Shown here piece by piece: positions 19,325 to 20,000 of a DNA stretch of 20,000 nucleotides. The stretch is from Tricharina praecox (lineage: Eukaryota): assembly GCF_024521635.1 (NCBI RefSeq), contig NW_026250423.1, forward strand, positions 676,802 through 696,801, in the 5' to 3' direction. The notes below the pieces were generated by a model. The model was given only the letters and a program-made list of their open reading frames with translations, was not told the DNA's origin and searched no databases. The number at the start of each line of letters is the position of its first letter. Positions within the stretch are counted from its first letter, which is position 1. The translations under genes and the position numbers were made by a program.

Positions 19325-19891
19325 CTAATTGAATCAGTTCATCAGTTGTCCATACCCGTCGCGGGACTCTCACTGCTCTAGTAAACTAGACGCTGTCCGC
19401 TGAATCCACTTGCAGGGACTGGACTCACCGCGCGGGGAGGGCGTTAATCACACACAACTTGCGAAACCGGATATATTGCGCCCCGGCCGTCGTCTCCCAC
19501 CAATTGCATCAGCTCCTGATAGGTCGGTTTCTCTAGCCCACCTTCATAGCATATCAACAAGAGCCCTTCGAGCATGTCTCGAGTAACGACCGCAGACACT
19601 TTTCTACCTTGATAGGTAGAGTACTCACGTCGGTGCCAAGTCCTTCAGGGCGGCGATGTTAGCCCTGCGGAGCTGCATACGCGAGGCGGGCGAGCGATGA
19701 CGTTCGACGAAACCCAGGAGCCCACGGGTTCGGCAGATGATGATACTGGTACCTTGGTCTTGTTATTGAGATTCGACGAGCAGAAAACTATGCATGGATT
19801 TGGGCGTGTTGGATGCATGCATGAGGGCTAACTAACTAACCTCCCAAGCGGATGCGACGAGATGCCGGAACCCGGGCTACCGGTAGTTAGT
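19325..19891 (-). other. Possible part of an unidentified multi-intron transcript
   Basis: Minus-strand signals: ACTAAC branch (19891-19886) with TAG acceptor (ending 19877); 36-nt exon PGFRHLVASAWE; GTTAGT donor (19840); GCTAAC branch (19663-19658); GTGAGT donors (19628, 19428); CTGAT..TTAG acceptor (ending 19325). No recognisable protein. Confidence 0.3.
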
Positions 19892-19948
19892 TTCGCTTGA
19901 ACGATCAACCGATTACGCCATCTGCCGCCGCTCTGCCGATCCTCAAAC

Positions 19949-19989
19949 ATTTCTAAGCCGGCGCTTGACCATTTCTAAGCCGGAGCTTG
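19949..19989. repeat. 23-bp-period direct repeat (ATTTCTAAGCCGG[C/A]GCTTGA) x2
   Basis: catttctaagccggcgcttgac followed by catttctaagccggagcttga. Confidence 0.75.
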
Positions 19990-20000
19990 AAATTTTCGAC

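Overview
Eukaryotic DNA, most likely from a filamentous ascomycete (short GT-AG introns with CTRAY-type branch sites, fungal HeLo-like proteins). Bases 1-~7000 are microsatellite-rich with no credible CDS. Bases ~7300-17400 hold a head-to-tail, minus-strand tandem array of four paralogs. Each full-length copy has an N-terminal HeLo-like/'fungal STAND N-terminal' helical domain (MDPLS.. start, exon 1), one conserved phase-2 intron, a short linker with a conserved ~35-aa motif (SxxSQLSGLSxAQIxNxSxxxLPxxxxELNNGxMY), and 12-17 ankyrin repeats. I see no NACHT or NB-ARC domain, so these look like effector-sensor fusions lacking the NOD module of a fungal NLR. The copies decay in a gradient: copy 1 is intact (747 aa), copy 2 is nonsense-truncated in its last repeats (840 aa), copy 3 has five in-frame stops but no frameshift, and copy 4 is a frameshifted fragment of exon 1. 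The last ~700 bp carry a cluster of minus-strand splice signals from a possible unidentified multi-exon transcript. Domain calls come from recognising motifs by eye; no database searches were run.
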